The notes beneath the pieces were generated by a model. It searched no databases. It was not told the origin of the DNA and saw nothing but the letters and a program-made list of their open reading frames with translations. A program made the translations under genes and the position numbers. From Vezdaea acicularis (Eukaryota), in NCBI GenBank assembly GCA_026025075.1, contig JAPEUI010000010.1, positions 186,001 through 250,000 on the forward strand: 64,000 nucleotides of DNA, read 5' to 3'. Shown here in pieces: positions 24,852-39,187 of this stretch; position 1 is the stretch's first letter, and each line of letters opens with the position of its first letter.

Positions 24852-27118
24852 TCAAAATTGGGAACCTCTCCACATGAACTTGCACCCGCCTTGGGAGTAT
24901 GTGTAGCACATCTCTTGCAAGTCTTCTTGTAGTCCCGAAGGACCAGCACAGAACACTCCAGAGGTCCGGGCTCCATGAATACGGCGGAGGGACATGAATA
25001 CAGCATTCCAGTCAGGGCGGCGGTAGGTCACTGGTGCACTCCAGCTATCGAAATCGGATTGATGCTGGTAGGCTATCGATTGGGCCATAAGATTGCGTCC
25101 AGTCATATACTAAGAAGGCATCCTAATGCTTGAGTGTCGCATCCTGGAAGAACGTAGGAAGGTATTGACTTACGATGTGCATCTCGATGTGGCGATCGAT
25201 ATCTTGAACTTCAAGAGCCATCAGCAAACACCTAAACCACTCAAAGGAGCTAAAATCCTTGCAGATCCAGAAGAAGTAAGCTTTACGCAGGCAAGTCTCC
25301 GTTCGCGGAGAACTCAGGCGATAATATATGTCTTTCAAAATGGATGCGAAATGCAGAGCACCTGATCCTGCGCCAACGAGGATCACGACTTCATAATTGA
25401 ATATCTCTGCTGCTGCGCTTCCGAAGGGTCCATCTATGTAGAGAACCGGGAATTGCCGTCGAATCACAGGATCGAACTCAGCGTTACCCATATCCTCATC
25501 TACTGCAATGACTTCAGACATCGTCCGTAAGTCGAGCTCGTCAATGTTGCATCCCAAGGTCTTAGCGACCTCAATTGTGAAGTGATCGATGCAGAGGATA
25601 TGGATTGAAAGGTAATCCTCTTCGGACGCACTTGTTAATATTAGTTTACGAAAGTAAAAAGTTGAGACCTCCGGACAGCAGAGCATGATATGCTAAATCA
25701 GAAGATTATCAGTATAGTTGGAACCGTAGGAGAGCTTGAACTTAAAGATTGGGCATACTTGTCCAGCTTTCACGTTGTAGCTTCCCTTCTTCAGCTGAAT
25801 CTCGATGATCTTGCTTGGATGCTGCACAATCTTTGTGATCAATATTCCGCGCCTAGTGCGCCATGTGCTGGCGATTTGCTCAGTGAGGAATAGGGCGAAG
25901 GAGGGCACCCAAATGTTCCAAAAACTGAAGCCACGAGTATGGCGATAAGACGCGTGCACAGCCAAGTTGACGAACGCAACTAACCCAAGGCTGCCGTAGA
26001 AAGTAGGGGCTAGCAAAGGTGCCCGATAACGTGTTGCTACGCTCATAGCCATCAATCCCGCCATGAGCAGTAAGACATGACCACTCAAAGAAGCCTTGTT
26101 GGTGAAACATATCTTCAGCCAGCCAGAAAAGCCTAAGCTATTAACAGCTACTACTCGTGCAAAATTGGCGTAATGAGAGGTTGTGTGTACCGCAATGAGA
26201 CTCGCAATTGTCCATGTAAAGACTGAAGGAAAGCTGGGTTACTTCTGGGCCCTCCTTGAACAAGCGTCAAAGCACTCACGGGTCGACACTTGAAAAAAGG
26301 GATCTAAGCAAGAGAGTGAGCTCTGGTAAACAACAATTCAGAATAGATTACAAACCTATCGAGAGAAATCGTGGGTAAATTTGCCGTCTTGAGAAGCGAG
26401 AAAGCAGTGCCAGGAGGTTCTGACAAAGAGCTACGCATTGATTAGCAAGACGTTTAGAAGCAGAATCCTTAGACCACCTCGTACGTATTAGTATGAAAGA
26501 GAAATTGATGATAATAGCCCACGCAGAGGCGTCTGCCGTAACGTATGACAGGCCTAGAACTAGTCTGACTGCAGAATGACGAGTCTGTGGTTTATATAAG
26601 GTTATCCGTTGGCCGCATTGTCGGGTCCATACGTTGATACAATGACCTCAGGACTATAGACGGGCTCTTCGGGGGTTATAAGAATTTTAAGCGCATACCA
26701 TTCTCTCGAAGTATGAATAGCAAATTAGAAAGAGCAACAGCTGCGTGACAACAAACAAGAATCTATAAGTACTATTCTTAGAGACCTATGTTGGCATGAT
26801 GATTGGTTCGATTTACCTCTTGTTCAACAATAGCCTGCGAAGGCTGTATAATGTCAGTTTACATAGGAAATCGATTTGCCCGTGGCATTATGGGTTTGCT
26901 GAAGTATTGGATTCAAAGTCCGCCGCTCCAATTCCAAGCAATGAAATCAAACATGCTTACCGTCGGATAGACTTTACCAACTTTGAAGTCGGTCTCCGGG
27001 TCTCTCCAATTATCTCTTCAGAGATGAGTAGACGGGCCAACAAGGACCATTGGGTCAAGTTTTGCTTCTCTATGTTCATAGCAATATCTGGAGGCTCAAT
27101 TCTCTCCATGGCATCCAT
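24852..27118 (-). CDS. Highly divergent NoxB-like NADPH oxidase homologue, ~560 aa. Exons 27118-26961, 26843(or 26834)-26817, 26762-26699, 26584-26485, 26430-26356, 26303-26280, 26222-25759, 25692-25174, 25109-24852
   Basis: Eight GT-AG introns give a stop-free frame that follows NoxB order: QWSLLARLLISEE N-terminus, ILIPLCQN, VHTTSHYANF, IVQHPS..EIQ..AGQ, LTSASEEDY, YIDGPFGS, FFWICKDFSSFEWF, RPDW, VFCAGP. Confidence 0.8.
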
Positions 27119-27724
27119 GGCAAAATCTTGGTCGCCAGGTGCTAACGCAGTGAGACGTGGCTGTCGCCGTAGCTGTGTCTTGAGTAGAAAGGAAGGAGCG
27201 ATAGATTCCTCTCTAGCTCTAGCTAATCTACCTTCCACTTGCGCAGAGGTAAATTGGGCCGCCAAGAACGTGTGCAGGCTAGGTAACCGTTATGGGCGCC
27301 GTGCAAAATTGATCATTCCCTGTTCGTTTTTTTATCACTGTACGAGATGGAATAAGATGGGAAATTGAGAAGCCATGCATTCAATTCGCCACTAACGCGC
27401 GAGCCTTATTCGTCCACCGGTATGCATCATCAGTTGAATAATGGAAAATCAGAACACCCATTCTGAACTGTATAAGTAAGGAAATCCCCGGCTTCTCCCA
27501 CCATGGTCAAGAGACAGACGTAGGTGGATGCATAAATTTCCATCATGCCACAAACCCTGCCCCGCCCTCACAGAATTGATTAGCAACGCCGAATAGAACT
27601 AGTCATCACGGTCTGCAGACAGCTTGCTGGCATATCATAGCAAAAGCCAGACCCAGAAGTCGACGTCACGTCGGGTAGCAGCGGAAACGTATTCTCCTGA
27701 GGCGTCGGACCTGAATAAAAACTC

Positions 27725-28590
<866 letters not shown>

Positions 28591-29295
28591 CTTAGAATAT
28601 GTAGTTTGAGTTGTCTTGGAATGAGTATCCTTGAGAGGGGAGTAAAGTCTTAGAGGAGGCTTTGCAGCGTCTATGAAGCGGGCGATCTTGGAGTTAGTCA
28701 GACGGATAGCGAGAGGCAAAACTTGACACACTTGACAGATTTTAAAGGCTACTGACCAATATGGAAGTGGGAGAACACTGTGTGCAATGAGGGTGGTTAC
28801 TCAGCCCTGCTGTGTTGACAGTGAGGCAAGATGTCGTAGGCGGTTAGTGAGGGAAGGAGAAAGAATCTCGCTCAACACTCAGGCTGTAGCAGCTGAATAG
28901 GCGCTAGACTCCGACTACGCCACCACTTCGGAACTCAGTACCAACACACGTTGAGCTATTCTACAAAGTTTTTCTACTAGGTACCAACTGTAACCAAGTG
29001 ACCATCGTGCACAATTGTATGACTCATTCAAAGGCCTGCCTTTAATATAAATTTCAAATGTTCAGTCCCATCCGGATGTACCCACCAATCATCCATAATC
29101 CCGCTTATCCTTTATGACTTTGATGACAGCAGATTCTGGGCTGGTTGTCGCATGAAAGAGGTTCCTGATTGTGGTATATTTACAGCCCGACCCATAAGTC
29201 ATCATCTCATTTCAGCAAACCATGCAGCAAAGTCGCATGAACCGGACGAACATGTCTGGACTAGCAGTACACCTTGCTGCCCCGACCTTCTATAG

Positions 29296-30765
29296 CTATA
29301 CAAACGCCTGAATGCCGGTGATTGAGCGCCCTAATATTAGACCTACGATTCGACACGCAAGAGTTACTATTGTGAGAGGCCAAAAGGTAGTTAGGCACTG
29401 AAAGGGGAGACTCACTGTGGATATCACTCTGCCCCTCGTACGTCTGCGTCACGAAGAGGTTTGCAACGTGTCTGCCAATTCCGTATTCATCACTTACAGC
29501 GTTTCCCCCAAAGATCTCTTGGAGACTTTGAATGACTTTAGCAGTTTTCCACTTCGGATTTAAGGGCGCTGATGCATACCGCCTTGCATTGATTAATGCC
29601 ATGTCACAATTACGTCTCTTGATCATTGATATCATTTCTGGAGCAGCGTCTCCTTTCTCCTTGAGCCTCCCAACTTGCGTAGCAGCTAGGATGCCATAGG
29701 CAGCATCGGTAACTGCATCAGCAAGTTTCTTTTGTACTAGCTGGTATTTTGCAATAGGGTTCCGCTTAAACTGTTTGCGTTCCAGTGCGTAAGTCCTTGC
29801 CCTGTCGATACAATCCTCCAGCGCTCCTATTGTACCCCAGGCGATACCGTAGCGGGCCGAGTTAAGGCAGCTGAAAGGCCCCCGAAGTCCTTCAACATCT
29901 GGAAACATGTTCTCTTCTGGCACTGGGCACTCATCAAGCTGGATCATTCCAGTGATAGATGCTCTCAGACCGTTTTTGTTCTTGATTGGGGGTGTTTCGA
30001 AGGTACCAGGTGGACAAGTAGACCTCTCGATAAGGAATCCTCTAATCTTGCCACTACTTTCTAGTTTTGCCCATACCATTGCTACATCTGCAATAGGAGA
30101 GTTTGTGATCCATGTCTTTGATCCAGATAATGAAAAGCATCCCTTTTTTGAGGGATGGGGCTTCGCAATAGTCTCTAGTGAGCCCGGATCAGAGCCATGG
30201 TTTGGCTCTGTGAGTCCGAAACATCCTAGAATTTTGCCCTTCGCCATGCCAGGCAGAAATCTGTCCTTCTGTTCCTGAGTCCCAAATTCCTCAATGCCGC
30301 CCATAACTAAAGAGCTCTGCACGGACATTCCTGACCGATATCCGGAGTCAACTCGCTCGACCTCTCTTGTAATTAAGCCAGAAGCAACACTACCAACACC
30401 AGCGCAACCATATCCTTGGATTGTAGCCCCGAGCAATCCCAGTTCACCCATTTCCTCTAAGATTTTCTTATCATAATTCTCCGTCCGATAAGCCTCTGAA
30501 TAGGACGTATGGTCAATCAGTTACGATATGCAACGGGAAAAGGGCGCGGCTATTCCCTACCAAGAACACGCGGAAGCATCTGCTCCTGGCAGTATGCTCG
30601 CGCAGTTTCTTTAATTGCCAATTCTTCTTCGGTGAACAAGAACGTAGAGCCTAATGGATCTTCCCAATTGAAAGAGCCTACAGATGCATGACGTCTCGAG
30701 ATACTATGGAGGCGACCAGCGGACACGAGGGGCTTGCGCAGACTCCTAATAATAACTTGATGCAT
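29296..30765 (-). CDS. Mitochondrial glutaryl-CoA dehydrogenase (acyl-CoA dehydrogenase family), 3 introns
   Basis: FNWEDPL, VERVDSGYRS, GCFGLTEPNHGSDP, KTWITNSP, CLNSARYGIAWG, TYEGQSDIH and LILGRSITGIQAF. Confidence 0.93.
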
Positions 30766-31052
30766 CTCTCAATATCATTGAACTGACAGTGAAGGTGCAA
30801 GAAAGAGCACTGTGGATTGATTTCATGAAGCCATCGCTAGTGGTTGCGGTAGACCCGCAATGATGAGAGAGGTCAAGGAGCCGAGGTTAAATCGGAACGA
30901 TTCCGCATGACGACGAGGGGCTATGAGTGTGGAAATCTAACTTATATAAAATTTATATAGACATCTAGAATCCTCTCAACTTCGGTTTTCACGAGACTAT
31001 GATTGATTTTTTCTATATCTCGAAAACAAGCTGCTCAACATGGTCTATTGAA

Positions 31053-32801
31053 TCAGTCTTGCTTGAGACCAACCCTCCCAATATTACGAAGACCCCATCC
31101 TACAACACCTAAGATCATAGTTGCGGTGCCAAAGCAAGTCCAGAACGTTGCTCTATACCCTTGCAAGAGAGCATCCGGTGAATGTTTATCTTTATATGGA
31201 GAAGATGCCGTGACTGTAGTTGCGATTACGGCTGCGACTGCTAAACCAACGGAATTGCCAATCTGTGAAAGAGTGTTGAACACACCACCGGCGAGGCCAT
31301 GGGTCTTGCTAGGGAAAACAGACGTGATAAGGAGGTTAGAAACTGTAAAGAGGACGTCCGCAGAGATTGGAGATAGCAGATTTGCGAGGAATGCTCCGTA
31401 CCAGTACGGCCAGTCTTTGTGGATAAAGCACATGATGAGAGGGCTGGCTGCCGTTATTGCACTTCCTCCAAAAACAAGCCAATTCGCAGATACACGCTGC
31501 ACAAGTAGTCCAGTACCGATGTTGGTCAGACAGCCGCTCACCACCATGGGTAAGAACCTTAAGCTTGTTTGGAGTGCTGAAAGCTCCTGAACCTCCTGGA
31601 AGTATAGCGTGAGAAGGTACTGTGTGACATTGAATACGGCCCAGGTCAGGAAAACGGTAATACATATACATGTAAAAACTGTATTCTTCCATAGAGAGTT
31701 CGGAATGATAGCTGGGCGCATCAGCCGCTCTTGCCTGCCAACCCATAATACGAAGGCAGGAAGAAGAACAAGAGCAACGCAGAGCAAGGCGATATTAGGG
31801 GGAGCACGCAGATTAGAGACCGCTGCTGTGACCATACTGTATAATGAGATGAATTAGCGACCTTGAAAAGTTCCCGTTAAACCAAGGAGGATCTTACGCA
31901 AAAACGTAAGACAGCATGCCCAGTGATCCACTGGCTAAGAATGCGCCGACCCAATCAATCTCAAATGCGAGTCTTTTCCAAGTGACCGGGGCAGTCGTGT
32001 TGAGCTGCTTGGGCAATCCCCAGACGGCCCCAACAAAAATCAAGGCATTTGCAATCGCCCCCATGAAATAGCCGTATCGCCAGCCGATACTATCCACAAG
32101 CACACCTCCAAGGACCAGGCCTACGGAGAACCCTAGCGGTTGCCCTGCGCCTAGGGAAGCAAATGCGACGTTACGTCGTTGTCCAGTAGGGAAGGTCCCC
32201 GTTATGATACTTACAGCAGAGGGCAAACAAAACGATATGGCAATACCTTGAAATGCACGAAACATTATCAGCTGTATTCCTGTCCTCGCAAGGCCACAAC
32301 CAAGTGTGAAAGCAATGTAAAGGCCACAACCAGTTAGATACATTGGCCGCGTACCGACAACGTCAGCAAGGGACCCAGAGAGAAGTAGTGTACAGCCACT
32401 TGTCAATGCATAAACGGAAGCGGGCCTGTACAAACCTGTCAGCAAATTTAGACAGATCAGTTCTCGTTGTCTGAATACCAAGTTTACCAGAATAGAAGGT
32501 TTTCCGCTAGGTCAAGATCTCTCGCCATTCTCGGCAAGGCGACCGTCAAAAGCCCGAAAAGTAAGCTGTTTAGAAAGGTCATGCTGACAACTGTAGCAAT
32601 AATTACCAGGCCACGGATTCGAGATATTTCAATGTCCTGGCGGGTCAATGCCTCAGAACTAATACTACTCCCATTCTCAGGTGCTGATAGGGGACCATCC
32701 AATTGTGAAGAATCGATGGATTCCGGCCGTGTAACGGCTGCTGGTAGTGAGCTAGGTATGGATGACAGTTCGACAGAGAGTGATGGTCTTGATAAAGCCA
32801 T
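31053..32801 (-). CDS. MFS drug:H+ antiporter (DHA2/EmrB-QacA-like), 2 introns
   Basis: TVALPRMARDL, W|PASVYALTSGCTLL, MFRAFQGI, GWRYG, IDWVGA and SQIGNSVG; many hydrophobic segments. Confidence 0.88.
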
Positions 32802-33211
32802 TGCGGAATGCCAAGTAGTTCCTACCAAGAGCCAGCTCGCGGTGTCTGATACAGGATATAGGACCAGTTGACCCAGCCTCTCAATGGAATGTATGTATTG
32901 ATGTGGGGTTCAAGCGACTAAGTTTCCTGCTAAGAGGGGCCGCAGCTTTTGGGTAGTATTTTATTTCGCTGCTCAAGTAGGTGTGGGTGGCCATAGGCTT
33001 CCTAATGTAGCTTTCAATGATTGGAGTCATATCGTAAACGGATCGCGTAAGGCTAGCGGAAGTGTTCCGCGCGAGATTTCCAAGCTCCATTGGTCCAAAA
33101 GAAAAAAAGTTCGAACCCGTAGGAATATCTGCGAGTTAGTTGTGGTGAGAGTAAATGATCTCCACGAATTTTCAAGTTTCCTTAGATGAGGTCCGCAGTC
33201 CTGCGACACTG

Positions 33212-34292
33212 CTAGACGTCTTCGTCCATAGCTTCCTCCCAAGATGGTTGAGGGACCCAGCCTTCGACGAATGCTTCCGGGTCTACCATGGATTTCAAAT
33301 TCATTTTGCTCTTTGACACCCAGTTCCTGACTTTGATCTTATCTACGACGACGCCATCTGCGCGCTTTCTCGGGGCGAATACGTCCATTTCCTTCAGAGC
33401 CGCCATAACATCATCGTACATGATATAAGTATCATTCGAAATATCCTTGATAGTAATCGTTCTCCGCACGGGAGCTGCGAGTATGCTTTGCGCAATCGCA
33501 GACGACCAGTATGCGAGGTATCCCCGCCGACCTAGGTCGGAAAGTGCTGGAAATATAGTTAGCATCATAAGAAGATCTAGGGAGCTATAGGGGATCAAAC
33601 GTTTCTCTGGCCCCCCTATCCTTCCTTCACATTTACTGATTTCATAGCTCACTCCCATCAAGATCTTGCCAAGGCCCTTTCTCTGCCAAGGGGGAAAGAC
33701 TAGTATACATGCCAAGTTATTATTGTCCCAGCTCATTTTTTCCTTAGAGAAAAAGCCAATAACTTGTCGTGTGGGTAGTGAATTGCTGGTCTCATACGTT
33801 GTCTGGACTAACAAATAGTAAAAGAAAGTCGTGACATCGAAGAAGACTGATTTATTGTCAAGGAAGAGCTTTGCGAAGAGCGACAAGTTTTGACAAAAGA
33901 GCTTGACTTGAATCAGCGTATTTGGCATATACTTGTTTGACATGCGTGCTCACCTTATGCTCCTCTCCATCGACTTCCCATATCGAGTATTCGTCCTTCT
34001 CATATATCATCTGCCCTGGTGGTAGCGATGATTTTGCTGGACACATCTTCACGTGGGCCAAATAGGGTACGAGCTCCTTGGAGTAATTGAAGCACCATTG
34101 ACAGACGCAGAGCCGCTCAGTCTCATGGCCTACGAGCTCCTCTGGATAGAAGGATGGATACCAAGTCTTGAAGAGAATATCACCCAACACAACGTTCATC
34201 ACGTTTCGATCTGTGCGGGGTCTTTTCTGGATTGAAGGAGAGGATCTTATCTTGGATGTAAGTGTGTTTTGTAGTGGAGACGATGCAGCCAT
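33212..34292 (-). CDS. SAS2: MYST histone acetyltransferase, Sas2-like, 2 introns
   Basis: KTWYPSFY, C2HC finger, EVDGEEHK|LFCQNLSLFAKLFLDNKSVFFD, GFFSKEK, NLACIL..PPWQRKGLG and GGPEK..LSDLG. Confidence 0.85.
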
Positions 34293-35317
34293 TTTCTATA
34301 GATTCGGCAAGCCGATATGCGGCTGCCTATGTCAAAGTAATGGGTTACTGCGACGGCTGCATTGTTGATCTGATGCTTCCACGTCCAGGAAGTACCGTCA
34401 AATGGCATTACGCGCGGAAGTGCGCGAATGGCTCGGATCGAGTGCCGTCGTGCCAGATGTTCCTTTCCGTCGCAAAATGCCCCACTACAACCATAACACC
34501 ACCATACGTTGACGATTGGCCATATAAACGGCCCATGGGCGCGACTATTGGATCCAGCTTTATGCAGGTTTAAATTACAGGTACCAGGAAAGGTTTGGTT
34601 CTGAAAGGACAACACATCAATTTTCCTGCGCACGTCAGAAAGCAGTTGAAACCTCCCCTCCACGGTCCAACCTCTTTTTATCTCTCAGGCCCACGAGCCC
34701 CCCCAAGCTAGCGCTGAAAATTGCTTTACTGCAGCAAAGGATTGCTAGTGTCCAGGATTGGTGATGACACTATTTTGATTTGCTTTCTCAGCTTGCATCG
34801 CATCCTTCTTCGCTTTTCATTTCTGCCTTACTAGGCCGCTCTGGACCTCTAATGTTAGCCGCAACCGGGCAATTCTGAGACACTGGTGGACAACTCATCG
34901 CTAGGGTTGCAGGAAAACCCCCGTATACTTCATAAGTAAGGCTTGACTCCCCGCATACTCAAGACGACGGATTTTCCCTTGATTCTTGCTGAATTGTCTC
35001 TGTCGTCTGCACCTTCTCTCTTCCCCGATCACACGGAACTTCTTGACAGCCATCGCGCCTATCGCTCACCGAGCCTGCACGTTCTTCATTCCTCAAGGCT
35101 AGCCCTTGCTCGAAGCTCATCCCTTCAATTCACGGTTCAAGAAAACCATGAATATACGTTATCAACCTCTTCCTCGTTTCCTTTCAAAACCAAACCCGAG
35201 GAGTCGGGTTCCTTGACCTGGCTCCCCCAGAAACAACGTTGTCACTTTGTATAGATACCCTACCGTGCAGAGTGTTTTTCAAAAAAGGTATTCAGAGTTA
35301 CAGTCATCTCCGCAGCC

Positions 35318-36271
35318 ATGGCTTCTCAAAGGCCGAAGCCGCTTAAGTTTAACTTTCCGGCGCGACCGTCATCACCTCCTCAGACCCCGCATTCAAAGTC
35401 AATGCCTCCATTGATACCGAATATGCAACCGGAATTTCAGAGATTCACCGCACCTTCTTTTGATCAGGTTCCACCAGATGAATTCGTTAAAACCACAAGA
35501 AGTGGGCTGAATGCCGTTCACGGTTATTCAGCAAACCTGACAGAGTTGTCCCCTCGATCTTCTAGCCCTGCATCCATGTCGGAAGCTTCGGAGTTCCATC
35601 CAGGGTCATTCCGACGCCGAGTCCATTCTCAGCGCCGGCATAAAACCTCCTTTCTCGAAGACGACTCTGGCTCGGAAAGCGAGGAAGAGTTTACGGTGGA
35701 GGAGCTCCATGAAGATGAGATGGTCACCGAGGATGAGGACAAGATTGTGCGCCCGGATCATTACGAGGATGCAGAATCCGACTCAGAAGGGAACGAGAGC
35801 AAAAGAAGAAAGATTGATGATGAAGACCTTGATAGCAAGACCGGCATCGTAAGCGAGTTTCAAAACTTGTGTGCAGCAGGGTTGGATGGCTTCGGTAATC
35901 TAGAGGAACAAGAGCGAAGATACCAGCGAAGGAACAAAAGGTGGAGTCTGGGACACAAGCGGACGCATACTCAAAGCATTGTGAGCGACAGTAGCGAAGA
36001 AGTGGACGACTCAACCACGACTTTCGGCGCTGTGGGCAGCCCAAAACGACTTCGACGGAAGGGTACGGGGCCTGGGCGCCGCAGTTCTCTAATTTTTGAT
36101 GACCCTATGGGCGAGGACAAGGTGACTGAGGTCTCCGAGAGCGAGGATGACACAATCCCGATGCCTGTTCTACTTCCCGAGGTTTCCCACAAGCCTGTTG
36201 TTGAGGATCTTCTCTCCACTCCGAATGTGTATTCAATGGACGTCGATTACGAGGAGCACGCCTTTTTTTGA
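35318..36271 (+). CDS. Hypothetical acidic, Ser-rich protein, possibly nuclear
   Basis: 317-aa ATG-initiated ORF in good Kozak context (GCAGCCATGG) with basic clusters (KRRK, KRLRRK). Confidence 0.65.
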   Translation: MASQRPKPLKFNFPARPSSPPQTPHSKSMPPLIPNMQPEFQRFTAPSFDQVPPDEFVKTTRSGLNAVHGYSANLTELSPRSSSPASMSEASEFHPGSFRRRVHSQRRHKTSFLEDDSGSESEEEFTVEELHEDEMVTEDEDKIVRPDHYEDAESDSEGNESKRRKIDDEDLDSKTGIVSEFQNLCAAGLDGFGNLEEQERRYQRRNKRWSLGHKRTHTQSIVSDSSEEVDDSTTTFGAVGSPKRLRRKGTGPGRRSSLIFDDPMGEDKVTEVSESEDDTIPMPVLLPEVSHKPVVEDLLSTPNVYSMDVDYEEHAFF

Positions 36272-37232
36272 TGGCATTCAAGAGAGCCGACGGTTTCACA
36301 GGCATTCGAAATGTGGCAGACCAATCTCGATTAGCCATGCATCAAACGATATTCATCCTGTATGCTTGATGCATGCAAAAGTTTATTCTGATTAGAAATA
36401 GTATCGGGCATGGATGGGGCCACTAGCATAGTAAGCGTCATACGAAGCAATGATAAATGTGTCATGAGAAAGGAGAGAGGCATACTATCTCTTGGTTCCA
36501 AGGCGATAGACAGTTCCACAAGCTGATATAACGCCGTGACTCATCCCTTGGTCACCCTACTATCCAGCACTAGTGGCATGTCGCTTTCTGTGATGGCCTC
36601 TTATCGAGCAGCATCATATTGGCGTTATACTAGTGACTTTTCGTGCCCCAATAGATTAGCCGTCACACAAGGGATACCCTGCTGACACGTATCCCGGTCA
36701 TAACATTGCACCTGGCCAACGCCATGCCCTATAGTATACTCATGTCCACCTGATCAGACTAGAAGTAGAGTTTCTTTAAGAATGTTAAAAATACATCATT
36801 TAACAAGTCCAACCTAGTCCCCCAGCACGTGCGAACCCTAATCCATGCTTAGCCTGGATGCAACAAGCGCCGGTCACCACGTAGCAATATCACTAAAGCC
36901 AGTGGTCGAAAAAAATCATGATCGAACCAAAAAGGTAGCGAGATCAAAATAGAGAAGGGGCAAAGCAGGCTGGATTTTAAAGAATGAACCAATCGGAAAA
37001 TTGAATGAGATCTCATTTTGAACCATGAAGGAGGAACTAGCTACGTTGGGATATTGAAGCGAGGAAGCTAAGAAGGAAATCGAGATCGTCAGTATCACTC
37101 AACCTTTACATTCAAATCCCACAAACAAGACCAACTCACCTTGATTGGTTAGGGCTGATCATTCTTTTACATGTTCCCCTTGTTAAGTCTTGCTAGTGGC
37201 ATGTTGGGCCGCAACTTGTATGATTAGCTACG

Positions 37233-38710
37233 ATGCGTCTGCGTCCAGTGCGAGCTTCAAAGCTACTCAATCGCTACATCGAATATACACCATTCGTATG
37301 CTCGCAATGTACTAGACAACAGCAGCTAGTCTATACGGATGGCCCCTCAGTATCCTCACACCACCCGCCTCGGCGGCGGCAGCAGTCTACCCACGCAGCA
37401 ACAGCAGCTTCTCCAGCAGAGACCCTTCTGTCCGTTGATGTGCCTGTGCGAGGAGCTCCAGATGGTGTTTCGATTGATCCTCTACGCACTGTAGCGAAAG
37501 AGATGAAGTTCCTTACGAAGAATATACGTCAATTGCTTGGATCTGGTCATCCAACGCTCGACACTGTAGCAAAGTACTATACGCAGTCAGAAGGGAAACA
37601 TATACGCCCGATGATCGTTCTCCTCATGTCCCGTGCGACATGTAATACCACCCGAATTTCTAGAGACAACAGGCTGAACACTCAGGATGAGATAAGCAAG
37701 TCTATCTCGCCAGCCTCAATACTCTCGGATGTCAATCCCTCTGACCCATTCAACGCTCCTTTAAGCGCAACTGGCTCTGAAGCCGACTATACTACCGAGA
37801 GTTCCGACATTCTCCCATCTCAACGGCGGCTGGCGGAAATCACGGAGCTCATACATACTGCTTCACTCCTTCATGACGATGTGATAGACCACTCGCTGTC
37901 TCGCAGATCTTCCCCCTCGGCAAATATTGCTTTTGGAAATAAAATGGCTGTACTCGCTGGGGATTTTCTGTTAGGTCGTGCTTCCGTAGCACTGGCTAGA
38001 TTGAGAGACGCGGAAGTCATTGAACTTCTTGCGACGGTGATAGCAAATCTTGTGGAGGGAGAGTTTATGCAATTGCGGAACACCGCCATGGACGAGGAGA
38101 AGCCGGTGTGGACGGAAAACGCGTTATCATACTATCTACAGAAAACGTACCTCAAGTCTGCAAGCTTGATTAGCAAATCATGCCGTGCCGCTGCGTTACT
38201 TGGACAGGGAGCCCCTGATGTAGTTGAAGCTGCATACTCGTACGGCCGAAATCTCGGACTAGCCTTTCAGCTGGTCGACGACATGCTAGACTACACCGTC
38301 ACCGCCGAGGAGCTGGGGAAACCAGCTGGAGCTGATCTGCAACTGGGCCTTGCGACAGCGCCTTTGCTCTTTGCGTGGAAAGACCAAGGGGAGCTCGGTG
38401 CCCTAGTCGGGAGGAAGTTTGCGGAAGAAGGAGACGTCGAAAAGGTATCTAGGAAAAAAACTCCTCTCCCCGTTTCCTCTCCCGAGAGACTACGCTTGTG
38501 GCTCTTTTTTCAAGGTGGTTATCTTTTAGCTGACGACGTCGACGGCAGGCACGAGAACTAGTAACACGCAGCAACGGCATCGAACAAACCAGAGCCTTGG
38601 CGCAAGACTACGCCGACAAAGCGATAGCAGCCATCCAACACTTCCCCGACAGCGAAGCCAAGGATGGCCTCATAGAAATGTGTGTCAAGACGATGAAGCG
38701 TAGGAAATAG
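37233..38710 (+). CDS. COQ1: Trans-polyprenyl diphosphate synthase for ubiquinone. Intron ~38444-38548
   Basis: GKHIRP, ELIHTASLLHDDVID, AVLAGDFLL, KTYLKSASL, LGLAFQLVDD and GKPAGADL; presequence-like N-terminus. Confidence 0.95.
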
Positions 38711-39117
38711 ACGGTGACTCCCGCGTAGAGATTAGATAGTGACTCTCGCATGTATCCCTTCTCGAGCGTTAAGCATTTCTGCATGGCATCCACGTTGTGG
38801 GGGTGCCCTTCATAGACCTTTAGACTCCGCTTCGGTGTAGATATATTCTCCTCACTCCATAGGCTCTAGGCCGTTGTAAATTTTCTCTACTATTCACCCC
38901 CTTTTTCAAAGGTTTCGCTAGTCAGATAGCTTAGACGTGCGTGCTCGGCTGGATATGAGAAAGCTGGCTCAGCCGGCTATACAAGCGCTCTGATTGAAGC
39001 GTCGTAAGGCCAGTCAAATTAGCTCATAACACCTCACGGCATTGCATGTTGGAATGTACGCGCTTGATCTTAGGAACGTGAGTCTCCTTGCACGCCTGCT
39101 CCTATGCACTTAATAAG

Positions 39118-39153
<36 letters not shown>
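39118..39153. repeat. Poly-C tract (36 C), G36 on the minus strand
   Basis: Counted directly in the sequence. Confidence 0.95.
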
Positions 39154-39187
39154 TTTCTTTCTTCCCTCCCAACCCCTTCCCCTATTG

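Noticed and set aside
24852..27118. Calling the NOX-like locus a fragmented pseudogene
   Set aside because: The fragments join through canonical GT-AG introns with consistent phases and no stop codon.
33040..33130. GTTCGAACCC B-box-like motif suggesting a tRNA
   Set aside because: No cloverleaf stems or A box around it.
34748..34884. Possible C/D-box snoRNA (GTGATGA ... CTGA with flanking GTGTC/GACAC)
   Set aside because: The stem is offset from box C and I recognise no rRNA-complementary guide; it would need snoScan/Infernal support.
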